DNA of 63,622 bases, counting the filler, from Octopus bimaculoides (taxonomy: Eukaryota), in assembly GCF_001194135.2 (NCBI RefSeq). It is 9 parts of 5 records of this genome, joined end to end, with 100 filler letters (N's around TTAATTAATTAA, not from the genome) between each part and the next. Parts side by side here need not be neighbours in the genome. Positions count along the whole stretch, not along the records: positions 9,592 to 23,648 come from NC_068982.1; positions 23,749 to 33,025 come from NC_068987.1; 7 more parts are not named here. One strand, 5' to 3'. Each line of letters starts with the position of its first letter. The first letter of the stretch is position 1. Below, piece by piece: positions 12,291 through 28,214 of this stretch. The notes below the pieces were generated by a model that was given only the letters and a program-made list of their open reading frames with translations, made no database searches and was not told where the DNA came from. A program made the position numbers and the translations under genes.

Positions 12291-15200
12291 AATACTACCA
12301 CCACCACCACCACCACCACGCCAACAATTCTATTCAGTAAACTGAGTAACTTGAACTACATCGTGGCACCCTCAGGAAATTATACAAAAGTTAAATGATG
12401 CAAAAGAAGTATAAACACATAGAGAATTATCTTGGGATTGCTGGAAAATGACAAAGAAAGTGATTGGAGAAAAAGTAGATGTGAAAGGAAATTACTATAA
12501 AGCAGAAAATATCAACATTGTTCTGCTTTAGCTTTAGCAGGAACGGCATCATTCCCATCATTCATCCAGCCTCAAGTAATATACCAGTCCATGTTAGATA
12601 TCTCTTTCATCCACTTGAGTGATGAACTCACCATGACATTTTTCAATGCCAAGGCAGTTAAAGGAAATATTGCAACAACGTTTAATACAGTGATATTCAT
12701 AATTTTGTAGCAGTTGTACATGAAAACAGAAAAATAATGCTGTTTGACTGACCTCGAAACGTCAATATTTTCTCCAAACAACATGCAAACCTAACCAAAT
12801 CTCCGAACTTCAATAAGCAATTTTTTTCAACGCAAACCAGCAACAGATTTCCTCGGAATTTCTTAACTTATTTTTAATATAGTCTAAAATGCTTACGATG
12901 ATATACAAGATATTAATTTCCGTTTAATTATATGTTGTACATTACAAGTGTCATTCACCTTCCTTTTAACTGTATCAGTGTCTTATTGTCTCAATATTTA
13001 TATTATATTTATTTTAATGACTTTTGATTGCGATGCGAACACATTATGCAAATCACTGTATCAAGCTACGAAAGGTTTGGCTTCAGTATAAAGCATAGCA
13101 TATTTTCCATCTTATTTAATGTTTATTTTGCCTTTCAATCTGGCTTTGTTGCACTTTATCTATACTATCAAGCGAGCTGGTCCATGTTTACAGCGAAAAG
13201 ATTTTTCATTTTTTTCTCCCTCATTTTCATAAAATGATATCGAAACTAAACAGAGTTTTTGTGAGGGGTGCTTCTCATAATATAAACCTGTTTCCATGGA
13301 TAGACACCGTAAACTATTGTATGAGCCATTCTTCCATATGTGTAATACATTTGAGATATTAAGTAAACCTTCTATTCAAATTATATATTCAATATATTCA
13401 CTATCTTAATGGATTGGTCTAGTGAATAGGCTCGTACCCATGAAGGCTAGGTCGATGTGTTCTATATACATTTTAAACAACTGCAAATCAACGACTGGAA
13501 AAAGAAACATAGGCAGAGATGAAATTCCGGATGAAAGACATTTTGGAGAAGTAGAATTGAGTGTAATGTTTAGTAAGGGTCCTAGAAGGTTACAAACAAT
13601 ATGAGTGAAAGAGGGTGAGATACAAGATGGCTGGTTCTCAGACGAAAGTGGCACGGTACGAGCCAGTCTCAAAATGCAGAAAAGGCAAGAACGAGGAAAC
13701 AACCTACCTGTGGTTCAGATGTCGGAGCGTTTTGCTGACTCCATACCAATTAGCTGCATGTCCCATTTCTCTTACAATTAGTCAATCTTCTATTCAGATT
13801 TGGGAGACTAATACTTTTTTTTTCGCAATGATTGAAGAGCCTGGAGTTTAATATAAACTATCAACTATGAAATAATTAGAACGAATAGAAAGATAAACAC
13901 TATGTATTACAAATATTAAACCCAATTAAGTATTCTATATGAAAGTAATCAAAAATGTTCATTGTTAAAAAATGGTCTAAGATCCATTATTTATTGATTC
14001 TTTGAAGTACTATTTCAAGAATTAATTTTCAAGTAATTTATCGGAAACTAATCTGCCCGATTCTAATTTATGAACAAGAAAAGACTGCCTGCTTTTCTTA
14101 CAAGAATTTCACATTAAGCTAATGATAATGAGTCTGTATCCTCACCAAAGATGTAATTTTAGTCAGTTAACAATTTGAGCTCACTATATTAGGTATACTA
14201 ACACTGACATTTCTTCATAGAATATGAACCATCAAATACAGCGATATTCTGTCTACTCTGCCAGTTTCTATTGTACAAAGTGATGGAAATCATCCATGTT
14301 AGATTAATACATTGATTATATAATATGATTCTATCGTAACTTATTTTTTCCCTATCCTTAAATTTGTCATATCCTCAACGAGACTCGTAAAATCATTGGA
14401 GCAACAAGGAAAAACAGGTCTTCATGTAGTGACTCTAGGAAAGAACATCCATGAATTATTTGAGAGTTAAGTAACCTGGACACAAATATACTGCAGGGTT
14501 GAAGACAATATGAACCCTCAGCTAGTTACCCACTACTTTTCCTATATTTTCAATATCCATCAAAATGACCAATCTTTTCAATATGGGAAATGGTTTGTTA
14601 CATCAATGGCCTTTTTCTATTAAGAGTCATCAATTTATTTGGAGGATATTTTTATATACTAGCGTCTAAATGCAAAACCAATCATTTTCCTTAGAGTTTT
14701 AGTTTTTTTCTACCTCTTCTTTCTTCTTTCAAACATGCTCCCTGAGTGTTCGTCGGTTTCATTCTATTTTGTCATACTTATTTATAATTCTTCTTTCTTC
14801 AACCATATTTCTTGCCTCCATCTTAAACTAGGAAGCTCTTACAGCAAATTTGAACTAAACGAGTTAGCAATTTAATACCTTGTTCATTCGGCCATTTCAC
14901 ATCTATCTATAAGTAATTATAATCATCCATTCACAGAACGCATTGTATAAACGTAAGAATATACTTATTCAAACCCCGAGCAGATATAAATACAAATGAT
15001 GTGATTAATGGATTGATAACACTTTTCTGTTTTGGAAAAAAAAAATCAAAAGGCAGTCCTATTGCTAATTATACTTCGTTTAGAAAAATAAGTTTACTTG
15101 TCCGAAATCTAGTTTTGCTTTTAGACTGCCTAGTATACAATACTTTCACTCGTTATTTCATTTGGTTTGCCAATTTCTCCTACATATCTTATTCTAAGTT

Positions 15201-16224
15201 TTAAAAGAGCAATATATTATCTTTCACAGTTACAATTTTCTACAAGTGATATTTTTCCTGTCATATTTTTTGTACAAACAGCGCTACCGTTTCTAAACAG
15301 AAATTTTATTTACTTTGTAATAAAAGAATGCTAACAAAAGTCAATTTTACAGATTCCTTCCCACTTATTAGTGACTAATCTATAGAAGTTTGTTTTGTTT
15401 TATTTCGTACTTCTTGTTTCTTTCTATAAAGAGATAATGACAATAGCAGGTTCAAAAACACTGCTTTTTCTCTTTCTTGAAACAATACTATACACTTTTC
15501 TTTAATAGATACAAGAGAAGGACTATTTAATGAAAATGGAAAATAAGTCTATGTAACATTCATGTTTTTCTGTAAAGTTATTAGAAGCGGATATTTGCAA
15601 ATCCTGTTGCAGACAACTTAGTCGCTGAGCGTTCGTGATATCCCTTACAATAGATACATGCACAATTACAGTTTGTTACACATATAAAGGTAATTTATTT
15701 TCACTTTGGAAAGCCTAAATATTTTGTAATATGTTCCCTTGACTTTGCTGTTGCTTGCTTCTAGCTTGTTTTTACATACTGTAACTTATTTTAAACGTAT
15801 TTGTTACATCTTCCTGCCACAGAAATGGTTCTACCCATTAATATTTCTTGACCACCGTGTGTTACCGTAAGAAAAGAAGTTTAACTACACAATCACGTTT
15901 AGAAACTTTTAAAAAAAACTAAGATTTCCAAAAAGCAGCGTAACAATCACGAAATGCACTGGTGGAGTCGAATTCAATCTAACGAAACTATAGTCGATTC
16001 TATAGTTTCGTCCATCCTTAGTGCAACATTTTGTTCAAACAGCAAGATGGACAAACTGGGCAGTTGTGCCTTAGTCACAGATACAACTCGTTGCCGATGA
16101 TGGGATACAGACTGTTGATCTTTCGACTGTTTACACTCTATCATATTCATTTGGCCATTCGCGCTCATAAAGTAAACATAGAAGTACGAAATGATTTTGT
16201 TCATAATCATTTCAACTTGGGGCA

Positions 16225-16400
16225 AGGCATTGTCGATTAAATCGATTCCAGTCCTTTACTGGCATTGTGTTTTATCTGCCCTGGAAAGCTGAAAGGCAAA
16301 ATTGACCTCGATAGTATTTGAACTTAGAAAGTGAAGGGCTATAACTAAATCATTACATTGTATTTTGTCCGACGTTCTAATAATTCTGCCAAACTAACTC
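16225..16400 (-). mobile_element. Degenerate SINE with a GCCTTTCATCC...GTCGATAAA-type central domain
   Basis: Reverse complement aligns by eye to the copies at 42742 and 56680. Confidence 0.55.
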
Positions 16401-17251
16401 CCTTTAATTCGTTAACATTGAACATATATATTCTTATATACAAATACTATTTAATGTATTGATCATAAGTGGGTTGTTGAGAATTTTTTTATGCTAAGTG
16501 TACATGAAACTCAGATAGTTTTCTTTGTTACTTGAAATAGATTAATATATAACTAACAGAATTAGTTTGTACCGATATTTCAAACTGATTTTCACATATT
16601 TCATGTATTTATTGAGAAATAAAATTAATATAAGATTTATGATTTGATTACTAAAAGCTTGACATGTCTTATGTGCACATTACATCGAATGACTTATGAA
16701 TGTACACACTACGACACATTTTATGAAATTATTAAAGACTCCCTAGATCTCTTACGGTTTATTAAAGTTAAATTTAGAACAAAAGTGCTCTCCAAATAGA
16801 AGTCGACCTGTCCAGGAATAAAAAGCCTGGCTAACTATAATTTAAAGTAAACCTGCGATCTACATCCTAACTTACAAAATGTTGTACCTGTTCTATTGCT
16901 AACAGTGATTACTTTATAATATCTAAACTATTAAATCTCCTCTTCTCAATAGAATACTTAATACACTCCAACAAAAGGCTACTCCACACCATATAAGTTC
17001 TCATTCATCTTCACGTGATGTTTGCCAACATTTTAATTTAGCAAGAAACACTAACTATAGTTGTATTTTCAGTACAACAACCACACACTCATAGACACAC
17101 GCGTGCATAATTATTTTATGTGCCGCAGCTACGCTAATGTGCGTATATATATATACATACATATATATACAAACGCAGTCATAAATGTATATAAATATCT
17201 ATATATATAAACATATAGATATATACATATATGATCATATATTTATATATG

Positions 17252-17295
<44 letters not shown>

Positions 17296-19219
17296 TATGT
17301 AGATGTATGTAAATACCTTTATATATAATGTACATATATACATGAATACATACATGTATGCATACATACACACATGCATACACACATACACACGCACATA
17401 CATAAATACATACATACTCACGCACATACATAAATACATACATACATACATACATACATACATACGTACATACATACATACCATGAGCGTATGTTTAGGT
17501 ATGGGGCGGGTTGTATCTGGCGACAAGACCTGTCAGTGAATTTTAAAACATAAAATGAAAAGTATAAAAGAGAGTAATGTCTACGTTGATTGCGCAAGAC
17601 ATTAATATCGATTTCGTCAGTGAATGTATGTCTGTACGTGTGTATAAATGCCTCCGTACATAAGGGGCAAGAACAGAAAGACAGGAAGAAACTGCTGAAG
17701 AAGGGGTAGAACGATAGAGGCCAATGTTAATGCAACGCAGATTAATACAAACAAAAGTTGTATTTTATATTTCAATTTCTATTTTTGTCTATTTTTTTTT
17801 ATGTCGGCTAATAATAATTTTATAGAATTAATCTTTTACCAGAAAGTGAAGCTATTCGGTAATTCTTTTATTTTTTTTACTGAGAAGAGATACATATGCA
17901 TGACTATCTTACAGATGTTGGTGGCGGTCATGGTAGTGGCAGTGGTGTTGGTGGTGGTGGCAGTGGTGGTGNNNNNNNNNNNNNNNNNNNNNNNNNNNNN
18001 NNNNNNNNNNNNNNNNNNNNNNNNNNNNNNNNNNNNNNNNNNNNNNNNNNNNNNNNNNNNNNNNNNNNNNNNNNNNNNNNNNNNNNNNNNNNNNNNNNNN
18101 NNNNNNNNNNNNNNNNNNNNNNNNNNNNNNNNNNNNNNNNNNNNNNNNNNNNNNNNNNNNNNNNNNNNNNNNNNNNNNNNNNNNNNNNNNNNNNNNNNNN
18201 NNNNNNNNNNNNNTGGTGGTGGTGGTGGTGGTGGTGGCTGTGGTAGTGGAGGCAGCGTTGGCAGAGGTGGCAGCGGAGTGGTGATAGTAGTGGCGGTGAT
18301 GATAGCGACGATCATGGCGATGGTGGTGGTGATGGTGCCGATGAAGCTGATGAAATGTTGGAGGGGGTCGAAGTCCTGAGAGTGATGCTGATAGTGATCA
18401 CGATCTGATAACATCAGTTGGTACACGGTGGTGGCGGTGGCGGCGGCGAGTAGGGGTGAAAAAAAATAATGATGGTGGCGGTGGTCGTTGTCGTTGTTAT
18501 GATGATAGGGGTAATAGCATTCGTTATTATTTAGTCAGAGGAGGAGCAGCATTCTAGAGAATGCAGATTTTCCCAATTCAGAGGAGTAAATGCTATTATA
18601 ATAACTGTGTAAGAGACCGGGTGAAGAAACAAAATCTGTGTAAGCTAAAAGTTTTTGTGTGTCGGTACTCGAGTCTTTGCCAACCTGTTGATTGGGCTTT
18701 CTTATAATGCAGAGTCAGATGTTTGTATGTATAGCAACACTGCCGTCTCAGATACGAAAGATGTATTTTAATATTGGTTGCACTTGGCCTTTGATACAAA
18801 ATCAACAACTGATCATTGATCAGTAGTTCTTTGCCTCGAAGAAGAAGCATGAAACCGTAGTTTTTTCCCCAATGTTATTGATGCACAGTCACCATGAAAA
18901 TTTATCGAAGAAAGTATCTGATGCAACTTTGGGAATATTAGTGGAACATTTTAGGTTTGGTGAGGAAAACTCCTCACGAAACTGTTTCCTTGATATATGA
19001 ATTGACTGTTTTTTTGGGGGGTACGACTGGATATGACTGGATATGACTTTAAAATACCTGGGTATGACTTTAAACTGCATCAAGTTGTTTGACTCGGGTT
19101 CGAGAATCCATGGTTTTGAGGCGTGTGGATTCATCTCTTAGCCGCTATTGTTCCTATGTCTACCTTGATCCGTGTCAGGATCCCAGCCATGAGTTAAATA
19201 GTATGTAACCAGGGTGCAT

Positions 19220-19560
19220 TGAAATCATATGATGCAGCATGGTTGAGGGGAACTATTTCGGCAGATGAACTTACTGAGTCACTGGCGAATATTATATGAT
19301 GCTAAGCAGATGAACAGATAACAAACTGTCAACGGCAGGGATCCATCCGTTCAGTGAGCTAACTGCTGTTAATATCTGTAGTCGCGGCGTATGCAGATGA
19401 GATATTTCAACTAATGAAAGACCAATATGATTAAAATCCAGGTCAGACACTCATGTCTCATCGTTCGATCGGGACGTCTAGCGTGGAGTTACATTGGTCC
19501 GGGCAAGTCGCCCAATCTGAATGAACATAATGTTGAAAAGGCTAAATTATAATGTCCTCT
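19220..19560 (+). mobile_element. Degenerate Tx1/L1-like RT fragments
   Basis: Relic peptides GTISADELTESL and VVAAYADEI (YADD motif). Heavily deleted. Confidence 0.35.
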
Positions 19561-20407
19561 TTGGAAAATGTTTTCGAAGTTTTTCTGAAGAAAGGCTTCT
19601 TCCATTGCAGCGTTGATCAGTCACTGGTTCACTGTACTTCCAATGTCGTGGGTGATAAGGGATTGTCTGTACAGCTCGAGTTGAATGCATACTAAATATT
19701 CAACAAAGTTTTTTAAGGTCGACGACGAGAGTGTAAGGGACATATAAAAAGAAATTTTTTCGAGTTTCTTTCCATGGAAACAATACACGGTGAGTTGCTA
19801 GTAAACACAATGGTTGTGGACGTTAGCGCAAGGAAACTTTTTGGTTGTGGCTACTGAGAGGTTGGTGGTATTACAGTGATAGTTGTTTTGGCTGTAGTAG
19901 TGGTAATTGTGATTGTTGTGATAATAGTGCTCTTAATATTGGTGTTAATGTTAACTATGATGGTTGTTTTGATGGTGAATCGGCTTTCTTATATCATCTT
20001 CAGGAGGAGGGAGAGGGCTAATTTTCATAGTTTTTATACTGGTCCTTCCAGAAGAAAACGATTGATGCAACAGGTTAAACAGGAAAACTGTATATGTATA
20101 AGCGTGTATGTGTTTTGGGTGTATGTGTATATGTGTATCTCCGGGTACATGTGTAATTGCGTGTTTGTTCAATATTGGCAAGCATGAATTTTCAAAAATA
20201 GAACTATGCACGCGCGCGCACATAAGGCTATATATACATACACATGTATGTGTGTGTGTGCGTGTGTATGTATGTATGTATGTATGTATGTATGTTTGTA
20301 TGTTTGTATGTATGTATGTATATGTATACATGTATACATATACATACGCACACTTACGCACACACACACAAATATATACATACATACATACATACATACA
20401 TACACAC

Positions 20408-20438
<31 letters not shown>

Positions 20439-20440
20439 CA

Positions 20441-20474
<34 letters not shown>

Positions 20475-20856
20475 ACTGCATCGTAAATGTATATATACAT
20501 TCACAGAGAAAGAGAAGGAGAAGGAGAGGGGGAGAAGGAGAGAAAGGTTGAGAGAGCGGAAAACGGAGAGACAGATGGACACCGAAACAGGAACAGAAAC
20601 AAAAAGGAGCGATGGGAAAGGAGAAAAAGAGAAAAAGTGCGTGCGAGAGAGAGGGGGGGAGAAGGAGAAAGAGAAAAAGATAGAGAGAAAGAAAAGTAGT
20701 GAGAGGAGAAATGAAAGCAGATGGTGAAGTTGGATTAAGACGTTTATGTAATGAAATCGTCTTCTTAAGGTGATGGATGTCTATTGGCTTGTCGGTCGAT
20801 AGCCCAACGGTCATAATTGTAGACTTTCATCAATGGTGCAATATCACACATCTTCA

Positions 20857-22830
<1,974 letters not shown>

Positions 22831-23077
22831 TACGCCATCAGTAGTGGAACTATTGTAGAATGATTCTGGTAAATTGCTAGTTTTTTTGTTTTTTTTGGTT
22901 TTGGTTATTGTCCGGCATCTGGGTTTTTAAATTACCCTCTCTACACAAACCTCTACACAAGTAAAGTATTAGAAGGCTGACAAAGGGTATATAAAAACTA
23001 AAAATGTATATCTATAATGCTATTCATCGAGTAGTCAATCTGTCTCTCTCTCTCTCCCTCTCTGCTTATATATATTA

Positions 23078-23216
23078 TTTACTCTTTTACTTGTTTCAGT
23101 CATTTGACTGCGGCCATGCTGGAGCACCGCCTTTAGTCGAGCAAATCAACCCCAGGACCTATTCTTTGTAAGCCTAGTACTTATTCTATCGGTCTCTTTT
23201 GCCGAACCGCTAAGTT
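23078..23216 (-). mobile_element. Abundant octopus-type SINE, 3' half
   Basis: Contains the shared motif TTGACTGCGGCCATGCTGGAGCACCGCCTTTAGTCGAGC...GGTCTCTTTTGCCGAACCGCTAAG, also found at 29111, 34720 and 62490. Confidence 0.85.
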
Positions 23217-24780
23217 AAATCTCTTAACGAGGACATTTTTATTTCATTTTATTGTTATTAACATACCTCTTATTGTTAAAATATTGTTAAAATATTGTTT
23301 AAACTAATATTGATGTCTGTAAAACAATACTGATGCTCTATTCAGACTAAAGAAAAAGCCCTGTTTGACCTATATACCTAGGGTTTAATTCCTCAACATT
23401 TTGATAGTAGTAAAAAAAAACCAACCTATAAGAGTGTTACCACTCTGACCAGAGAAACCTTTATATCTTTTATAGCCATGTCCATGCATAATGCTTACAC
23501 CTTCCCTTTCCTTAGAAGTGATTGTCCCTTATACTATTACTACTAGATAAGAGACAATAAAATCAGAGACAGTTAGAATTTTTGCCTAGAACCAATTACT
23601 AGCCTGATAGACTTGGCTATGTCAAGATGGATTTTTATGTATTCTTCCNNNNNNNNNNNNNNNNNNNNNNNNNNNNNNNNNNNNNNNNNNNNTTAATTAA
23701 TTAANNNNNNNNNNNNNNNNNNNNNNNNNNNNNNNNNNNNNNNNNNNNAAAAAAAAAAAATCGAAAATAACAGTCTTATTCTTTTGGGATCTAAAATAAG
23801 GAATTTACAAATACATCTAATTAGATGCTACATAGAACAAGATTTGATCAGTGACGGCAATTTTTTTTTTTTCCGTCAATTTAGATAATGTACGATTTTC
23901 AAAAATATGCCTTTTTTCCCCCTTTTTTTCGGGGGGTTAGTGAATAAAAAATAAAATGAGACAAGTGTTAGACCTTCACACACATGAAACGTGTTGTTTG
24001 GCTTGGCTTCTTATCTTACAGGAGAATCGACACCAGACACACACACACACACACACACACGCAGCGGGTTAGAATTTAGTGCAGAGAGAAAGAAAAGAGA
24101 TATATATATAAAAAAAAAATATTCAAACAAACGGAGATCTGGCGCTTTTCGAATTCTCCTTCGATTATTATCCGTCCTTCAATGTTCTTGCTCGTCTGTT
24201 CCACTCAGCAGTTACTTCCAACAAGTTCCACCTCAGTGTATGTAACAAATGCCCTATTATTTTGGGGGCTTGCTGTTCTCTTCTGTTTTCCTTTTTTTCT
24301 TTTCTTTTTTTTCCTGTCTATATGGTTCCCTTTTAAAGAGAAGTAAAAATTCTCAACGATTCTTTTGTACGGAGTAAAGTCGGTTAAAATAGAGACAGAG
24401 GCGGAGAAAGGATATATATATATATATATTATATATTCCTGTGTGGTTACCACCGTCTCTTTTTCTGGCCCTGTTACGTGCTCCCCTACAAATATGATAT
24501 ATATACCAGTCACAATGAAATAAGTATCATACAACGACCAACTCCTTGCATATAATGATGGCTGCCTATTGCAAACATCACACACACTTATTTATACTTC
24601 CTGTTTTGTTTTGTTTTTCGTTTTTGTCCTATTGCTACTTCCGTTCTTTCTCCTTACTGCTATCCAAATCCATTTCCGCCCACGCCGACTGATTTAGCAT
24701 CGGATTACCTCCTCTTTAATAATTCCGCAGTTAATACAATTATCATACATGTTCAACACATACATATAATTATAAATAAA

Positions 24781-24811
<31 letters not shown>

Positions 24812-24849
24812 TAAATCTCTGAACGAGGTATAAACAGTAACTGCTCGAC

Positions 24850-25010
24850 AACGTGAAGTATATTTGCCACTTAAATGCGGCTAAACCCTAAGGGTGAATG
24901 TTACTGTAGCTTTTAGCCCCCTGGAGGAGATGTTCTCCTAGGGCTAAAAGCAACAGTAACATTCACCCTTAGGGTTTAGCCGCATTTCAGTGGCAAATAT
25001 ACTTCACGTT
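24850..25010. repeat. 161-nt near-perfect palindrome formed from the head of an interspersed repeat
   Basis: Arms of about 70 bp (AACGTGAAGTATATTTGCCAC...TTTTAGCCC and its reverse complement) with two mismatches plus a bulge near the loop. The repeat head recurs unfolded at about 56335-56395. Confidence 0.92.
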
Positions 25011-25161
25011 AAATATATATATGTATATATAATACAAATAATATATGAGTATATGCGTATATACGTACATGTATGTACATCTACATGTATATATAGATGC
25101 ATATCTGGGTACAGGACGTAGCAAAAAAACGTAATATATATATATATACATATATATATAC

Positions 25162-25193
<32 letters not shown>

Positions 25194-26206
25194 GTAATTT
25201 GCTCAGTGCCAATACACGAAACTCTCATCCCTTGTGTCACTTTGTAAACTCTGTCTATAATTAATANNNNNNNNNNNNNNNNNNNNNNNNNNNNNNNNNN
25301 NNNNNNNNNNNNNNNNNNNNNNNNNNNNNNNNNNNNNNNNNNNNNNNNNNNNNNNNNNNNNNNNNNNNNNNNNNNNNNNNNNNNNNNNNNNNNNNNNNNN
25401 NNNNNNNNNNNNNNNNNNNNNNNNNNNNNNNNNNNNNNNNNNNNNNNNNNNNNNNNNNNNNNNNNNNNNNNNNNNNNNNNNNNNNNNNNNNNNNNNNNNN
25501 NNNNNNNNNNNNNNNNNNNNNNNNNNNNNNNNNNNNNNNNNNNNNNNNNNNNNNNNNNNNNNNNNNNNNNNNNNNNNNNNNNNNNNNNNNNNNNNNNNNN
25601 NNNNNNNNNNNNNNNNNNNNNNNNNNNNNNNNNNNNNNNNNNNNNNNNNNNNNNNNNNNNNNNNNNNNNNNNNNNNNNNNNNNNNNNNNNNNNNNNNNNN
25701 NNNNNNNNNNNNNNNNNNNNNNNNNNNNNNNNNNNNNNNNNNNNNNNNNNNNNNNNNNNNNNNNNNNNNNNNNNNNNNNNNNNNNNNNNNNNNNNNNNNN
25801 NNNNNNNNNNNNNNNNNNNNNNNNNNNNNNNNNNNNNNNNNNNNNNNNNNNNNNNNNNNNNNNNNNNNNNNNNNNNNNNNNNNNNNNNNNNNNNNNNNNN
25901 NNNNNNNNNNNNNNNNNNNNNNNNNNNNNNNNNNNNNNNNNNNNNNNNNNNNNNNNNNNNNNNNNNNNNNNNNNNNNNNNNNNNNNNNNNNNNNNNNNNN
26001 NNNNNNNNNNNNNNNNNNNNNNNNNNNNNNNNNNNNNNNNNNNNNNNNNNNNNNNNNNNNNNNNNNNNNNNNNNNNNNNNNNNNNNNNNNNNNNNNNNNN
26101 NNNNNNNNNNNNNNNNNNNNNNNNNNNNNNNNNNNNNNNNNNNNNNNNNNNNNNNNNNNNNNNNNNNNNNNNNNNNNNNNNNNNNNNNNNATACATATAT
26201 ATATAC

Positions 26207-26237
<31 letters not shown>

Positions 26238-26250
26238 CATATATATATAC

Positions 26251-26285
<35 letters not shown>

Positions 26286-26419
26286 ATTTGCTCAGTGCCA
26301 ATGCACGAAACTCTCATCCCTTGTGTCACTTTGTAAACTCTGTCTATAATTAATAATAAAAATATATATATATTCATGTTAGGAGTTCTATTTTTTTTTA
26401 CATTACCAAACCTTATAAT

Positions 26420-26480
<61 letters not shown>

Positions 26481-27336
26481 ATATATATACAAGACACATC
26501 GCATTTGATCATATGTAAGATATATATATATATATACACGAAATAATTTTGTTCTTTTGTATTACCAAGAAATTCGTTCTGTTAAAAAACAATATTACAT
26601 TTTTTTTTTTTCGAAATGCATTGCTTCAAAATTTGTTACCCGTCCATAGATTTTTAAACATTTTGTTTGTGATACGGAGTTGGAAATGCTGATAAAAGTG
26701 TCCAAGGAGAGGGAAGATGGCAAACAAAAACAAGTCGCATTTCATTTAAATGCCATAAATAATAGTTTGAGTTATTAAACAGAATTTGAAGTCGCTTATT
26801 AACTTATAATACAAAACACTGAGAAAACATTTTATCTTTCCCGTATGAAAGCAACAAATTTTTATTCAATATCTTGAGAAAATGAAATAGAAGTATTAAA
26901 TCAAATGTTTATTGAAGTTTTTCTAAAGCTTCCTTTTTTTTTTAAGTTACTTGGCTTCTGTCCGATACAAATGATTTTTTCAACAATCGCTATACACTGA
27001 GTAATAACGCTTTCAGGGTTTCGATTCTCAGCTGAAGTTAGTAAGCACACGCACACATACGTATATGTGTGTGTATACAGATACAATACCGACTTTCCAG
27101 ACAGTGATGGTCCGGAACTTCTTTTAATCGGCTCTAATTTAAGAGCAGGAACTTCAAATTCTCGCCGCCGCTGCCTGACCATTTTGCTGGTGGCCCTGTT
27201 TTACAGTATTAATATTAATAAACTTTTGTATCATTTATTCTCAAATATTAGTTTCAAACTCTGGCACAAGGCCAGCAATCTGGGGGAGGAGATAAATTGA
27301 TTACATCGACTCCACTGCTCAACTGGTACTTATTTT

Positions 27337-28113
27337 GGTCAATATAAAGATCCTCACCAGGGAACAGGAAAAAAAATTAACCAGCCTGGTGGGATGTTAA
27401 ATAAGTGTGGAAAACGATTATGAAAAAAAAAGAATGCACCCTGACGAACCTGGGAGGGGGGAGGAGACTTTCGTAAAATTCACAAGATCCGATTTTTCCG
27501 TCATAAATTCGGGTTCAGTGGATATACATTGATCTTTTGTTTTTTGTTTTTTTTTACGGAATCCCACGTTTTTGGTTATGTGAAAAATTTTTTTTCAAAA
27601 TTTCATTATTTTATCGCAGTTTTGTGAGATTTGGCTGTTATTTCTAGCATGTAGAGAGCCTGCTTGAAGGCGTGAGGGAATTTTTGTTTTTTTACTTGTT
27701 GAAAAATTGAAATTTTACAAGAAGTTTTTTCAGAATCGTAATCTTCGTATTTTTCTACGTATTTCGCAAAAAAAAAAAAAAAAAAATCCGGAAAAAGTGA
27801 AAAGTGAAGGGAGTGGAGAATTGAAATTTTGAAAATGCGATTTTTGAAAATTTCTTTTTCCAGAATTGGATCCTCCACAACCCAAAACGTGGGATTCCGT
27901 AAAAGAAAAATCAATATATCCATTTTACCCGAAGTTATGACGGAAAAATCAGATCTCGCGAATTTTCCGAAAGTCCCCTCCCACCCCAGAGTCGTCAGCG
28001 CGCATTTTTTTTCCTATTCGTTTTCCATACAGTTGTTAACACCCCACTAGGCTGGTCAATTTTTTTTTATGGTTCCCGGCTGAAGGTCTTTATATTGACC
28101 CTTATTTGGGGCC
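27337..28113. mobile_element. Non-autonomous DNA transposon / fold-back element with long imperfect TIRs (about 250 bp)
   Basis: The left end GGTCAATATAAAGATCCTCACCAGGGAAC...TTACGGAATCCCACGTTTT is mirrored on the right (...GGTTCCCGGCTGAAGGTCTTTATATTGACCC). No ORF. The left terminus abuts a SINE. Confidence 0.85.
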
Positions 28114-28214
28114 ATTTGAAAAACTTCATAGGAAAGATCAAGTTGTACCTCAGGCTTCCATATATCTATACTACTGTTATTTAGTACTCCTTTTATCTAT
28201 GCTTTCATTTACAT

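Noticed and set aside
13400-13800. Possible RT relic (WFSDESGTVR, like WF.V.SGVRQG)
   Set aside because: One short degenerate motif is not enough to assign an element.
24130-24245. Protein-like frame GDLALFEFSFDYYPSFNVLARLFHSAVTSNKFHLS ending at gtatgt
   Set aside because: No usable acceptor or ATG upstream, an in-frame stop just 5', and no recognisable homology.
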